From positions 22,010,001-22,074,000 of the forward strand of contig OX597839.1 of NCBI GenBank assembly GCA_951406725.2: 64,000 bases of DNA, written 5' to 3'. Below the pieces are notes generated by a model that made no database searches, had not been told where the DNA came from, and was given only the letters and a program-made list of their open reading frames with translations. How positions within the stretch are numbered: position 1 is the first letter of the stretch; each line of letters begins with the position of its first letter. Below, one piece after another: positions 1-14,695 of the stretch. Made by a program: the position numbers and the translations under genes. The stretch is from Octopus vulgaris (taxonomy: Eukaryota).

Positions 1-3000
1 AGAAGTTACATGATGATCATGATGATGATGATGATAGTGTGTGTCTAAATAGAATAAGTAAGATCACGGAAACTAACCTTAAGGCCTTGAACCTCTGCAC
101 TGTTCATTGGGAACACCTCACCTGAAGCAGCAGTAATTAGTGGTCTGAAATGAGGAACAGTCAGTGGTTTGGCAAAATTGAAATTGCCCAGCAAATCGTG
201 AAATGCAAGATGTTGAAGTTTTGCATGGTGGAATGTCCAGCAATGATCTCACCTATGTACTTTATAGTCACATCCCTTTTTCAAAACCTGGACTTTTTGT
301 CCATGAATGGTTCCTTATCAGGAGACCAACATGGAGAACTTACTAGGCATACAGCTCCAACAACACTAGCAGACAACTACCGTCTTTTGTGTACAAAGGT
401 GTCCTCGTCTAGTGTTGGGCTGAAAATCTATTTTAGGTGCATGTACAAGGGTGGGGTTGCTGTTGGTGTGATCCTTGACCAAATTATGGGCTACATTTGT
501 CAATACAAGAATCAAGGTCATGTAGTAATTTGAGGGCCCAGGGAAGAAATGTCAGGAGATCTGCTACAGGTGAATGCATTCCACAAGGAGCTGGTGTTGC
601 CTTGCACCAGGTATGGGGTGTAGAATTGTTGATGAGTTGTTAGGGTGTCAGAGAGAATGGTGAGTGTCTGTGCCCTGAGTTCAAGTCCTGCTCGGGTTGT
701 CTTGGCTTGTCATCCTGTCAAGGTCAATAAAAAAGTATGAATCTAACATGGTGGATTCGTAGATTTAAAAAAAACATTGGACTAGATGCTGGGAGGTGTT
801 TGGCCAAATTCTTTTATGTTCTGTGTTCAAATCCTGCTAAGGCCTACATGGGTGACTTTAGCAGAGTCCTTGCTAATGGAAACATTTTGGTCAGATTTGA
901 TGGAGGGAAAATACCTGCCCCCAGTTCTGGAAACCTTGAGCTCAGAATTCCATCCTGACTAGAAGATAAGAAAAACAAAAGAAGAAATATACTTATATAC
1001 CTGTGTGTGTGTATATACTCTTTTACTTGTTTCAGTCATTTGACTGCGGCCATGCTGGAGCACTGCCTTTAGTCGAGCAAATCGGCCCCGGGACTTATTC
1101 TTTGTAAGCCCAGTACTTATTCTATCGGTCTCTTTTTTCCAAACCGCTAAGTAACAGGGACGTAAACACACCAGCATCGGTTGTCAAGCAATGCTAGGGA
1201 ACAAAGACAGACACACAAACAACACACACACGCACATATATATATATATATATATATATACGACAGGCTTCTTTCAGTTTCCGTCTACCAAATCCACTCA
1301 CAAGGCATTGGTCGGCCGGGGCTATAGCAGAAGACACTTGCCCAAGATGCCACGCAGTGGGACTGAACCCGGAACCATGAGGTTGGTTAGCAAGCTACTT
1401 ACCACACATTTCATTACAGCATATGAATTAATTTCATTACTTTTTTTTAGTGTGGAATTATATATGGCACGTGAAAAAATATTTGTGCGAGGTTGTGTCG
1501 GTGGCACATAAAAAAAACACCACTTGAGCGTGGCTGTTGCCAGTACCACCTGACTGGCCCTCGTGCCGGTGGCACGTAAAAGCACCCACTACACTCTCGG
1601 AGTGGTTGGCATTAGGAAGGGCATCCAGCTGTAGAAACTCTGCCAGATGCAGCCATCTGATTTGCCAGACCCCAGTCAAATCATCCAACCCATGCTAGCA
1701 TGGAAAGCGGATGTTAAACAACAATGATGATGATGTGTGTGTGTATAAGATACTATTATCTATCCTTCTATTATACTTTAACCTCTCAACTGGCCCTTCA
1801 GCACAAAGCCCCCCCTCCCTCTGTACCACTCATTCTCCCAGCTGAAGGGTCTGTCTTGCAAGTATTTGGTAACCCACAGCTGCTGGTGCCATGTATAAAG
1901 CCCTTAGGCGGCGAGCTGGCAGAACCGTGAGCACGCCGGGCGAAATGCGTAGCCGTATTTCGTCTGCCGTTACGTTCTGGGTTCAAATTCCGCCGAGGTC
2001 GACTTTGCCTTTCATCCTTTCGGGGTCGATAAATTAAGTACCAGTTACGCACTGGGGTCGATGTAATTGACTTAATCCGTTTGTCTGTCCTTGTTTGTCC
2101 CCTCTGTGTTTAGCCCCTTGTGGGTAGTAAAGAAATACATATATAAAGCACTTAGGATGCTCTGTAAAGTGGTTGGCATTAGGAAGGGCACATAAAAAGC
2201 ACCCACTACACTCTCGGAGTGGTTGGCATTAGGAAAGACATCCAGCTGTAGAAACCTTGCCAGATCAGATTGGAGCTTGGTGCAGCCTCCTGGCTTGCCA
2301 GTTCTTCAGTCAAACCGTCCAACCCATGCCAACATGGAAAGTGAATGTTAAATGATGATGATCCAGCAGTAGAAACCCTGTATTCTAGGAATTGAAATCG
2401 CAATAGCTGGATCATGAGTGCAACACCCTGACCACTAGGTATGTACCCCCACTCCACACACACACGCATGTATATAGATTATTAATATTTAGCAGAAACA
2501 ACAGAGAGTGACTCAAAGGTTGAATGTTTCATGTATTAACATTTATCAGAGCTATTTGTCATCATCATCATCGTTTAACGTCCGTTCTCCATGCTAGCAT
2601 GGGTTGGACGGTTCGACCGGGGATCTGGGAAGCCAGAAGGCTGCACCAGGCTCCAGTCTTATCTGGCAATGTTTCTACGACTGGATGCCTTTCCTAACGC
2701 CAACCAATCCGTGAGTGTAGTGGGTGCTTTTTACATGCCACCTGCACAGGTGCCAGGCGAGGCTGGCAACGGCCACGGTCGGATTGGTGTATTTTACGTG
2801 CCACCAGCATGGAAGCCAGTCGAGACGGCACTGGCATCGGCCACGAGTCGGATAGTGCTTTTTACATACCACCAGACCAGGGATCCTGGCTGGTTCAATT
2901 CGATTTCGATTTTGCTTTTTGTATATAATTAAAACCTAAATATTATATTTCGGGATGGTCATTTTGTTTTCCTTTTGCCAAATAAACACACTCTTTACTC

Positions 3001-3201
3001 TTTACTCTTTTACTTGTTTCAGTCATTTGACTGCGGCCATGCTGGAGCACCGCCTTTTAATCGAGCAACTCGACCCCGGGACTTATTCTTTTGTAAGCCC
3101 AGTACTTATTCTATCGGTCTCTTTTGCCGAACCGCTAAGTAACGGGGACATAAACACACCAGCATCGGTTGTCAGGCAATGCTAGGGGACAAACACAGAC
3201 A

Positions 3202-3239
<38 letters not shown>

Positions 3240-4886
3240 TACGACGGGCTTCTTTCAGTTTCCGTCTACCAAATCCACTCACAAGGCTTTGGTCGGCCTG
3301 AGGCTATAGTAGAAGACACTTGCCCAAGGTGCCACGCAGTGGGACTGAACCCGGAACCATGTGGTTGGTAGACAAGCTACTTACCACACAGCCACTCCTG
3401 CGCCTTTATATACACGCTATATATTTTTTCTTCACTCATTTATTACTGTTCTTATTTTAACTGAGGTATCTTTTGTCACACATTTGTGACCTCTTCAGCG
3501 ACACTTCATTTTCGTGTGTCTTTTTGCTCCACTTACTCCATTCTGTTCTTCTAAGATGTGTATCCTTATGTGCGCATGTGTTAGTTTCCTTGTTTGTGTG
3601 TGTGTGTCATAGTTTTTAGCAGCAGTGTAGCCTTTCCCTCAGCAGCCCCATCCTCTCACCCCATTACGCTGCTGCTGTCCTAAGACTCCAAAAATCGTGG
3701 TAGTTGTTGTCGTTATTGCCATTGTTGTCACTGCTGCTGTCGTCGTGTTGTTGACATTGGCGTTAGGAAGGGCATCCAGCTGTAGAAACACTGCCAGATC
3801 TGACTGGCCTGGTGCAGCCTTCGGGCTCCCCAGACCCCAGTTGAACCGTCCAACCCATGCTAGCATGGAGAATGGACGTTAAACGGTGATGATGATGATG
3901 ATATATATATGTATGTATGTAATCATCATTTGATGTCCATGTTCTATGCTAGCATGAGTTGGATGGTTTGACATGAACCAGTGTGTGTCCAAGGATTGCT
4001 TTGAGTTTCAATACCTGTTCTAGCATGGCTGGATGCCCTTCTTAACGTCAACCACTTTACAGCAGGGACTGGGTGCTTTTTGTATGTCACCTGCAGCATT
4101 AAGGTCGCCATGTAGTTTGCAGGGCATATGAGTCTCAAGAGAAGTGGGGGGGCAGCTTCATGCTTGGGTACAAGGAGATTACTATGGGGTATGAAGGTAG
4201 GTAGAGTTCCTGAAGAGAGCCCTGCATGGCTACTCACGTCTTGTAGGGGAAAGTGGGGAGAGAGAGAGAGAGAGAGAGTGAAAATGAACAGTAGGAGTTG
4301 CAAGAGATAGATGATGGCACTGAGGTGCCCAAGGAGCCCCACAAGGCACAAGGTGAGTAGGAGAGGGTGGGTGTTGGGGGGCATTGAAGGGGATGCAGGA
4401 GAGTGGGGTGGGATGCAAGAAGCCAGGGGTAGTGAAGATGATAGTCAGTGGTGGGGTGGATTATATGGTTGGGTAGTCAAACGGAACCAAGGTGGACGGG
4501 GAAGAAGTAGGCATGCGTAGTGGGGAGTCACTGTAACGGGTGGATAACCCAAAACATAGAACTTCCAGAGCTCAGTTTTGCTTAGAAGAGTGAGTCCTAT
4601 TGAGAATCTCACATTGCTAGGGATGCCAGCCCTTTGCCATGTCATCTGTCTGGCTCACTGTTGTTCTCAGGTCAGCTTTCACCACTTTGTCTTCCCGAGT
4701 CTTCCTCTTCTGTGGGTTCCAGCCACATTAAGTGAACACCATTTCTTCAAACAACTGTCCACATCCATTCACGTCAATGGTACATACCAGTGTAGTCTTC
4801 TGATACCTTTTTTGTGTGTGTGTGTGTGTGTGTAAAATGACATCCATTCTTGTGAAATATAAGAAAATTTTATTTTTATCTTTTAG

Positions 4887-4965
4887 ATATGGATTGTTCT
4901 TTTCAAAGAAACAGAATGGATTTGTTCGTGGAAAACCCAGTATTTTTGGAGATGACAGTGATGAT
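4887..4965 (+). CDS. NSRP1: NSRP1 (nuclear speckle splicing regulatory protein 1 / CCDC55), first visible coding exon; the ATG exon is upstream and was not identified
   Basis: ttttag|A TAT GGA...GAT GAT|gtatgt; encodes YGLFFSKKQNGFVRGKPSIFGDDSDD, matching the NSRP1 N-terminal YGL...KPSVFG.DSDD motif; ends phase 0. Confidence 0.88.
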
Positions 4966-6338
4966 GTATGTATATTCCATGTGGCGTTATTGTAATGATG
5001 GAAGTATATTTAATGTAGTGCTCTTGTAATGGTGGCATTTCCTTATTTTAGTTCTGTTAGTAGTAGTATAGGGGCATGTGCTGTGACATTGTGTCACTGC
5101 ATACGCCATTAGTTGGTGATTCCCTACAACTCCTGGTGGATGACACCATTGCACCATTCAGGTGACAACCCTCTCCAACTCATTGGTCTGTTTGTTGAGG
5201 TAGTCTTTGCTGGTGAGGGTTTGACAAGGCTGGAGGTCAAATCCTACTTCACCTGCTTTTAGTTGCAGAGGAAATGTTGGGTCTATTCTTTGACATGTTG
5301 GGCCCACACTGCAATTTTGAGAGTTAAAACAAATATTGCATCCCCTTCATTGTACTACCGATATGATGGTGATGGCCTCAACACATTTTGGAGAATGGAA
5401 CAACTAAAGCACCTGAATGCAATTTGTTTCATCGATGCTTGAAGGATGAGAGCAGAGTCCCTTGATTGTAGGTTGGATGTGAACCATGCCTATTGCTCTT
5501 CCTCTTCTGTCAGCTGCTCTTGTGGTGGTAGTCGTGGTGGACACATAAGCTGATGTATGAGATGTACATTAATACTGACATCTAGTAGATGGTAGGACTA
5601 TGGCTGGGAAGTTGTTGGTCAGTGAAACTAGGTCAAACCTCACCCCAGCAACAAACAATAGCCATTCAACCCTTTCAGCATTCTGATCACTCTGTCAAAT
5701 GTAATCCTTATTTATTTCTCATCGTTTTCATTTAATCGTATTATCTCAGAGCTTTCATATTTTGGTGATGTGGTTTTTTTTTCGTTTGTAGAATAACATT
5801 GTAGGGGTAGGTGTAAGAGGCTAGATCTGGCCTGTTTGTTTGAACGTAGTGCAGGTAGATTATCTGTGTTGGACATGGCCCTCTTTCATATAAACTTCAT
5901 TAACAATGTGATTCCTTTCTTTTTGAATTATTTCATTAAATTAATCTGAAACAAAAAGCCAGACTGCACAATTCATTCCATTCGACTTTTATTTTAACAT
6001 CTTTTTTTTGGTTGTTCTAAATATTTATTCTTTCTTTGTCTGACTGCAGAGGCCCAAGTGGTGGGGGGGAGCGTCTCACATATACAATCTCTCTGATAAT
6101 ACAAGAGCAATTATTTTCGTCTGTTTTATTTAACAGCTGGCTCAGACGGCCTTCCATGTTTGCTAACCACAAAATGAAATACTGAAAGCCCCTCTCCCTC
6201 CCCTACATCCAATCTGGTACCCTAAGCTGTATACAGAAAACATGATGAAAGACCTCACCCAAATTCAGACTAAGTGACTGTCCCAAAAACTTATTCAATC
6301 ACAGGAAGTGGTTCATCTGTGACACTTGTTTATTTTAT

Positions 6339-6370
<32 letters not shown>

Positions 6371-7591
6371 TTTCATTAGATGTCATCATCATCATCATTG
6401 TTCGACCGTGGTCGAGACTTTCATAGTCTTTTCAAATGGCTAATAATGTGTGCGCGCGCCACTACTACACACATTGGAAAGCATTGTACAACCAAGTACT
6501 AAAGAAGATCTTTCCTTCTCCATGAAACAAAGCTGTTCCCGCTGGACGTCAACCCAGTATTTCTAAGCTACGGACCCAGTGATTTATTGTAAGGTTATCT
6601 CCCTAGATAGATTGCCCTCACTACGGCTAAGGAGCCCTTTCTACCCCATTAGATGTAGGCATGGGTGTGTGATAAGAAGCTTGCTTCCTAACCTCAAGGT
6701 TCTGAGTTCAGTCCCACTGTATGGCACCTTAGGCAAGTGTCTTCTAATATAGCCCTGGACGAACCAAAGCCTTGCAAGCAGATTTGGTAGATGCAGACTG
6801 AAAGAAGCCTGTTGTGTGTGTGTGTGGGGGGGGTCCCCCACCACTGCTTGATAAAACCAGTGTTTGTTCGTTTTCATCCTCATAACTTAGCAGTTTGATA
6901 AAAAGAGACTGATAGAATAAGTACCAGAATGGAGGGATGGGTGTCAGGAGGTGTTAATGAGGTGAGATGCAGAGTGTACTTAATGGGGCAGAATGGGCAG
7001 AAGAGCAAGGCGAGCATGTACAAGCATAAACAAGAGGGACCGCATTTCTCTTCTCAGGCACACCAAATAGCTTTTTCTTTGTCACCACCTCTGCAAAACT
7101 CAGCATCTTGTCTTTTGCTGGTTTCCTTCTTCTACAAGTCCCATCTACATTAAACAACTGGCACTTCTCTATGCAGCTCTCCTCCTCCATCCACACCACT
7201 CAGTGCAGTCTTCTCTTCTGGGTGAGCTGGCATAAACGTTAGCACACCGGGCGAAATGCGTAGCCGTATTTCGTCTGCCGTTACGTTCTGAGTTCAAATT
7301 CCGCCGAGGTCGACTTTGCCTTTCATCCTTTCAGGGTCGATAAATTAAGTACCAGTTACGCACTGGGGTTAATGTAGTCGACTTAATCCGTTTGTCTGTC
7401 CTTGTTTGTCCCCTCTGTGTTTAACCCCTTGTGGGTAGTAAAGAAATATATATTTAACCATTTGATTAATTTTTCTCTCAGCACATTAGCACTTTGTTAT
7501 ATATGTACACTGACCATTGTACATTCAATAGAGCATGCTAGCTTCATTTCTTTCCAGTCTTTGCATGTCCTCTGCATTCAGAACCCATGTC

Positions 7592-7816
7592 CAGGGCTGT
7601 GGAGTCAGAGTCGGAAACAATTAAGGGGTAACTGGAGTCGGTAAAACTACACCGACTCCGACTATCTTTATTCTTTAATCTATACCAGTTACAACACAGG
7701 GGCCGACTCAGCGTGCAAGCTTATGCATAAGCTTTATGAGATATGTAGACCACAACCACTTGATTACATAAAGAGGGGTCGGAGTCAAAGTTTTTTGTTT
7801 CCACTCCACAGCCCTG
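7592..7816. mobile_element. hAT-type MITE
   Basis: TIR CAGGGCTGTGGAGT/ACTCCACAGCCCTG; 8-bp TSD cccatgtc/tccatgtc (7/8). Confidence 0.8.
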
Positions 7817-10126
7817 TCCATGTCACACTACCATGTAGCATTGCTATTCATATAAAGGCATCATACAGCTTGGCTTTCACTCTGAAAGAGAGACCTTTTG
7901 TAGCTAACAGCTGACATCTCTCGAATAGAATTCAAGCACTGTGTAATTGGGATCACATTGTCCAATATAGCCTTCCTTTTTTTAAGCTGACAAAGTGGGA
8001 TTTAGGCTGCTATTTCATGAAGAGAGGGCAGTTTTCCTTTTGGAAATTGACCAACAATCTCATTGATGCCCCCCTCCCCCTGACTGCTGCCCCTAGTTGT
8101 CTGGTTACTTAATTTTAAAACGAAGTAGTAGTAGGGTTTGAACTTGCAACTATGGGTTCAGTGGCTCCATCTTAGCGGTTCTCACCTGGGGTCCATATAA
8201 ATCCTGAGGGGTCCCTACCAGATTTTCTTCTTAAAATTTATGAGCAATACTTTGATTATACTTCTAGAACATGCAAAATGTTTTGATCATTTTCTTAATA
8301 CTATTTCTAAAAGGTCCATTAGTAAAAAAATAGCTCGTTGACAAAAGACCTGAACAAGACTAGGGTAAGAGGGGCTGACAGTGGGGTTGTTTTGACAGTA
8401 GAGAGTGATTGTGTGTGTTTGTGTGCATGACCAAGTTTTGATATGTTATGATCTTATAATGATTTATGACTGGTGTGTCATAAGTCAGAAAATGCTGCTG
8501 CTAGCCTTCCACACATGACATTTGACTGACAGGTTCTAACGTCAGTCATTATCTAATCATAAACGAGCCTGTGCTTTATAATTTATTCCTGTTGAGCTGG
8601 CAGAGTGTAATGGGTGCTTTTACGTGCCAGTTGTGTGACTATGATTTCACTTGGCTTGATGGGTCTTCTACTCAAGCACAGCATATTGCCGAAGGTCTCG
8701 GTCATTTGTGAGGCCCAACATTCAAAAGGTGCTTTTTACATGCCACTGGCACAGGTGCTAGTTACGTGACACTGGCCTCGTCCACATTGCCACTGAGAGG
8801 CCCAACTCTTGAAAGGTGCATTTTACGTGCCACTGGCATGGATGCCAGTTACGTGGTCCTTGTGCATAAATCAAAAGCCAGGACATTGGATCGGAAGAAC
8901 AATAAGTTCAGTACGTTGTGTTCTTTAGTCACTTCAGGTCGTTTAATCCCTTAGCATTTAAACTGGTCATATCTAGCTGAAACAGTCTAACTATGTTTGA
9001 ACTGACCAGATTCAGCCTTTCACACCAGTCCTGCAATGTCGTTGTGGCTGTGTGGTAAGTAGCTTGCTAACCAACCACATGGTTCCGGGTTCAGTCCCAC
9101 TGCGTGGCATCTTGGGCAAGTGTCTTCTGTCAAATGTAATGCTTATTTATTCACATTATTTACAATTAATCATGGATTATCTCATATCTTAGGGATTTTG
9201 ATGATGTGGTTGTTTCACTTTCAGAATGACATTGTAGAACAGGAGTGAGAGGCTGGATCTGGAGTGAGAGATGTCATCAAAAGAGACCGGTAGAATAAGT
9301 ACTGGGCTTACAAAGAATACGTCCCGGGGTCGATTTGCTTGACTAAAAGGCGGTGCTCCAGCATGGCCGCAGTCAAATGACTGAAACAAGTAAAAGAGTA
9401 AAAGAGTAAAGAGTAAATAAGTTTTACATTTGATAGAGGAATCAGAATGTTGAAGGGATAAATACTAGCATTGATTAAGGAAGGGCAGTGCTCATGACCC
9501 TTTACTTTCTCAGGGTTGCCAAAACTGGTGGCAGAGGGAAGAGGAAGATATCCACAAATCAGAGACCTAACCTGAATGTTAGCAGGTGTTGAATTGAGTG
9601 TTGGATAAAGACTGCCTCCCAAAGGGTCAGTCAGTGGAGACACACCTGTTTAACACAGGTGTGTTAAACACCGGTTGTATTGTGATAGCACATTCAGTTG
9701 GATGTCTTTGTGGTAGCTATTTAGAGTGAGGAGAGAAAAGCGCTTTTCAACTCATTCTGTTACATATGTGAAACTCTGTGTGCATGTGTGTGTGTGTAGG
9801 CAAATCCCAGGACAAAAGAAGTCAGTTGGACATACACCATGAATATATTAGGTTCATGTAAAGAAATATGAGAGTGAGGGTAGTGCTATCAAAATACCAT
9901 CAATAGTTGCAGCGAATACCAGCCGTACAGGCAGAATTAATAAATTATATATATATAGGCGCAGGAGTGGCTGTGTGGTAAGTAGCTTGCTAACCAACCA
10001 CATGGTTCCGGGTTCAGTCCCACTGCGTGGCATCTTGGGCAAGTGTCTTCTGCTATAGCCCCGGGCCGACCAGTGCCTTGTGAGTGGATTTGGTAGACGG
10101 AAACTGAAAGAAGCCTGTCGTATATA

Positions 10127-10175
<49 letters not shown>

Positions 10176-11464
10176 CTGTGTTTGTCCCCCTAGCATCGCT
10201 TGACAACCGATGCTGGTGTGTTTACGTCCCCGTCACTTAGCAGTTCGGCAAAAAGAGACCAATAGAATAAGTACTGGGCTTACAAAGAATAATTCCTGGG
10301 GTCGAATTGCTCGACTAAAGGCGGTGCTCCAGCATGGCCGCAGTCAAATGACTGAAACAAGTAAAAAAGAAAAAGAAAAGAAAAATATATATATGGGTAC
10401 TATGTAAGCACCTGCATTGCTAAAAATAGAAGTCAAAATACTTCTGTGCCACTGAGTAGTCGCAAGATGAATGCAACCCTGACAGGAAAAAATTCCAGTG
10501 AACAATAAAATTGTCTTACCTCTGCTAGGTCAGCAAAATGCTGGTTAGTTTGATATATATATACATATGTGTGTGTGTGTGTTTTTGTATATTAACCCTT
10601 TAGCATTTAAACCGGCCATATCTGGCCAAAAGTATTCAGCATTTTCTATGGTCAAACTGGCCAGATCTGGTCTCTCACACCAACCCTACAATATCGTTTT
10701 AAAAATTAACAGCTACCTCATCAAAATCTCATAGCTACAAGATAATGCATGATTAGTTCAAAACAATGTGGATAAAAAAGGATTAATTTTGGCAGAATAA
10801 TGCGAACACTAAAGGGTTAAGTGGACATAGGCACAGGAGTGGCTGTGTGGTAAATAACTTGTTTCCCAACCACATGGTTCCGGGTTCAGTCCCACTGCAC
10901 AGCACCTTGGCCAAGTGTACTCTACTGTAGCCTTGGGCTGACCAAAGCCTTGTGAGTGGATTTGGTAGATGGAAACTGAAAGAAGCCCGTTAGTTATATA
11001 CATGTGTATGTTTGCGTGTCTGTGTTTGTTCGACTAAAGGCGATGTTCCAGCATGGCCATAGTCAAATGACTGAAACAAATAAAAGAATAGTAATACAGT
11101 TAGTAGGATAAGTAAAGTAGGAAGACATGAAAGAAAGTAAAAATAAAATGAAGACCCGGATATAGTAAAATGGGGAAGCAGAAGGGAATGAAATAAAGTA
11201 AAGCCGGATACGATACAATAAAAGGAGTTGAGTAGAAGAACGACATGGGTCTGGGTTCAGTCCGACTGCGGGGCACCTTGGGCAAGTGTTTTATACTATA
11301 CCCTCGGGCTACCCAAAGCCGTGTGAGTGGATTTGGTAGACAGAAACTGAAAGAAGCCAATTCTATATATATATATTCCGGCCGAAATCAGATCGCCATG
11401 TTGATTCGCTAGCCTCTGCACGCATTTTTTTTCTCTCCTTCTTTCTGTGTTTCTTCTCTGTGTA

Positions 11465-11502
11465 TCTTTCTGTTGAAGAGCGTAGGCTCGAAACGTTAAA
11501 GA
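11465..11502 (+). ncRNA. Variant hammerhead-like motif in a TA-flanked repeat
   Basis: TCTTT-CTGTTGA-A GAGC GTAG GCTC-GAAAC-GTT-AAAGA; the core has an A6U change and helix III is the ACGT palindrome. Confidence 0.45.
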
Positions 11503-14500
11503 CTTGTTTTATTTATATTTCCTGAGCGCCATACTAATACAATTGTTTGTTTGTATTCCACCTGCCTTCGTCTTTTGTTTATTTCCGTAAACCTGCCTTC
11601 GTCTTTTGTCTATTTTCATAAAGCTTCCCATTATATATATATATATGTGTGTGTGTGTATGTATTTGTGTGTGTGTGTGTGTTTGTTCCCCCACCATCAC
11701 TTGACAACTGATGTTGGTGTATTTACGTCCCCATAACTTAGTGGTTTGGGAAAAGAGACTGATAAAATAATAGGCTTACAAAGAATAAGTCCTGGGGTTG
11801 ATTTATTCAACTAAAAGTGGTGCTCCAACATGGCCACAGTCAAATAACTGAAACAAGTAAAAGAATATATATATTTCCGATTCGTCGTTTCGTTCCACCC
11901 CTTGGTTCCTGTTATTGTATATTATTATTATATATTTATATATATATATATATATATATGAAATATTTAATACAGGCTACCAAACTTGATGTGGTGAGAC
12001 AAAAATAATTTTTCATCAGTTGAAAATTTAGTCATAATGAGAAAAAACCCATTAGTGCTTATAAAAATTATTCTCCCAATACATACAACACATATTCACA
12101 TACATATGCATGCACGTGACGAGAATTGTACCCTAAATGATGTATAAACAGAACCTGTTCACCATACAGCAGGGCCTATAACCATTGTTTACGCTTGGCT
12201 GGGTTCAGTTTGTACATTTTTTTATTTACTTGTTTGTATTGTTTCCTGTAGACAGCCAGCTGTTACTCTATTCGTGTTGAACATCTTGTGTAATCTATAT
12301 ATATATTTAAGGGCGGCGAGCTGGCAGAATCGTTAGCAGGCCGGGCGAAATGCGTAGCCGTATTTCGTCTGGCGTTACGTTCTGAGTTCAAATTCCGCCG
12401 AGGTCGACTTTGCCTTTCATCCTTTCGGGGTCGATAAATTAAAAGGCGGCGAGCTGGCAGAATCGTTAACACGCCGGGCGAAATGCGTAGCCGTAGTTCG
12501 TCTGGCGTTACGTTCTGAGTTCAAATTCCGCCGAGGTCGACTTTGCCTTTCATCCTTTCGGGGTCGATAAATTAAGTACCAGTTTCGCACTGGGGTCGAT
12601 GTAATCGACTTAATCCGTTTGTCTGTCCTTGTTTGTCCCCTCTATTATTTAGCCCCTTGTGGGTAGTAAAGAAATAATATATATATTTATGTGTTGAGAG
12701 AGGTGGGGGTGGGGGGCAACCAGCATGCTCTTCAAGTAAGGCCTCACATATCAACTTTTCAACCAGTTGACGCTATTAGCAGATAGAATCTAAGCTGAGG
12801 TGAGTACAGTTAGATATCCTCCAGTTATTTGAACTCACAATCTCTAAGTTGGTAGTACACAATATACCCTTATAGTTATTTCACTTGTTCCCCAGGACTT
12901 ACGAAGGCATGTGATCTGGATGTCTTAGGTGTTGGGCTCATGATTCTAGTAAGATCATATGTTTAGCTCCTGTGCCATGCCACACATTGTGTCCTTGAGC
13001 AAGGCACTTCAGTTCATTCTCTGAAAATAACAAGTAGCAGTTGGTGTTAACCTTGTGGCAGATTGCTGTGTCCTCTCTTCTGTCGAAAGTTTACAATATT
13101 GACTGAAGTTGTCCATGCCTTACACGGGGACACACACACACACCTTGAACCAATGAAAGAGTCCACATGTGGTCATTTGACCAGCTAGACATTACTGGAG
13201 AGCAAAGGCTGAGGTCATCAGTGACATTCTTCTTTGTAAATTGAAGCATGGGAACGCAAATTTTGGTAGACTACCTTGAACTTACATAAAGCAAGTGCGT
13301 GAGGCCTCTGAGTGCTCCCAAGATGATCTAGCATGTGCAGTGGATGACCAAACGGAATTAAGAGAGCAAGCCTTTGGTGATCCAGGCAATAAGCGTGACC
13401 AAATGACGATGATTTGCTAGGACTAATGAATAGCCAGACGCCACTTAACTTACGTCTTACTGCCTTATGTAACAAAGAAGGACATGTCTCTTATATTAGG
13501 GAGCAGGAAGAGGAGCTTGGATGGTCATAAGTGAATCCTCTTTGATGTGTTGTCGGATCAGGGTTGATCTAGGGGCCAAACAACATCATTTACAGCGTTT
13601 ATGTTTTTGATCTTGTTTCTAATGTTTATTTATTTCTTTACTGCCCACAAGGGGCTAAACATAGAGGGGACAAACAAGGACAGACAAACGGATTAAGTCG
13701 ATTATATCGACCCCAGTGCGTAACTGGTACTTAATTTATCGACCCCGAAAGGATGAAAGGCAAAGTCGACCTCGGCGGAATTTGAACACAGAACGTCTAA
13801 TGCTAAGCATTTCGCCCGGTGCGCTAACGTTTCTGCCAGCTCGCCGCCTTATAATGTTTATTAGGTGCAAGGCATGGCTGTGTGGTGAGAAGTTGGCTTC
13901 TCTTCATGGTTGCCAGTTCAGTCCTACTGCATGGCACCTTGGCCTTTTATTATTGCCTCAGGCCAACAAAAGCATTTTATGTTTGTGTCTGTCTCCCACC
14001 ACCACTTGACAACCGGTGTTGGTGTGTTTATGTCCCCATAACTTAGCAGTTTGGCAGAAGAGACTGATAGAATAAGTACCAGGCTTACAAAGCAATTAGT
14101 AGTGAGGTCAGTACCACCTCAAGGGAGCCTCAACATGGTTGCTAGAAATGAAGGTAAATCTCCCTTGGAAAAACATGGGATAATGTGGGATACTCCTAAA
14201 ACTAATGGATGGTCAAAGATGGAACACATTTGATCATATGTCTGCTCAGTCATCAATGACCTGGGGTTAAACAACCACAGAATTACTCCTAATTGATAGA
14301 GTAAAATTTATTAATCAGTACAATAACACTAATTCATTAATACGTAGTAGTAGTAATAGTAGAAGGACATGTGCTGTGACAGGATGGTACCTTTGCACTA
14401 CTCAGGTGACAACCCTGCAACCCACGGGTCTGTTTTGGGTCACCCTTTGCGACACATGCTGGTTCACCCACGGCACTTGAGCAATGTGAGATAAAAAACG

Positions 14501-14629
14501 TTTTGCTCAAGAACACAACAGGCTGCTTGATCTGGAAATTGAACCCACAGTCTGATGATCGTGAGTGCCACACCCTAACCATTAATTAATACAGTAATAA
14601 TATTTTTGTCGTTCTTGTCTCCTCTCTAG

Positions 14630-14695
14630 GATGAACAAGGTGTATTCAGTACGTCATTACAGAAAGAATCTCGAAAAAACAAACTGAAAAAACAG
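14630..14695 (+). CDS. NSRP1: NSRP1 coding exon
   Basis: ctctctag|GAT...CAG|gtaag; 66 nt, DEQGVFSTSLQKESRKNKLKKQ (cf. SLQREAAKKQAMKQ); phase 0/0. Confidence 0.88.

Noticed and set aside
60-620. 127-aa ORF at 150-533 and a possible GIY-YIG relic (minus-strand KYIGE)
   Set aside because: No splice or homology link to NSRP1; the motif is too short and the frame too broken to call
2591-2932. Recurrent MLAWVGRF..., MRNWYLIYRPRK... and MSSNARGTN... ORFs resembling gene families
   Set aside because: They are translations of SINE/retroposon copies, with variable stops and frameshifts
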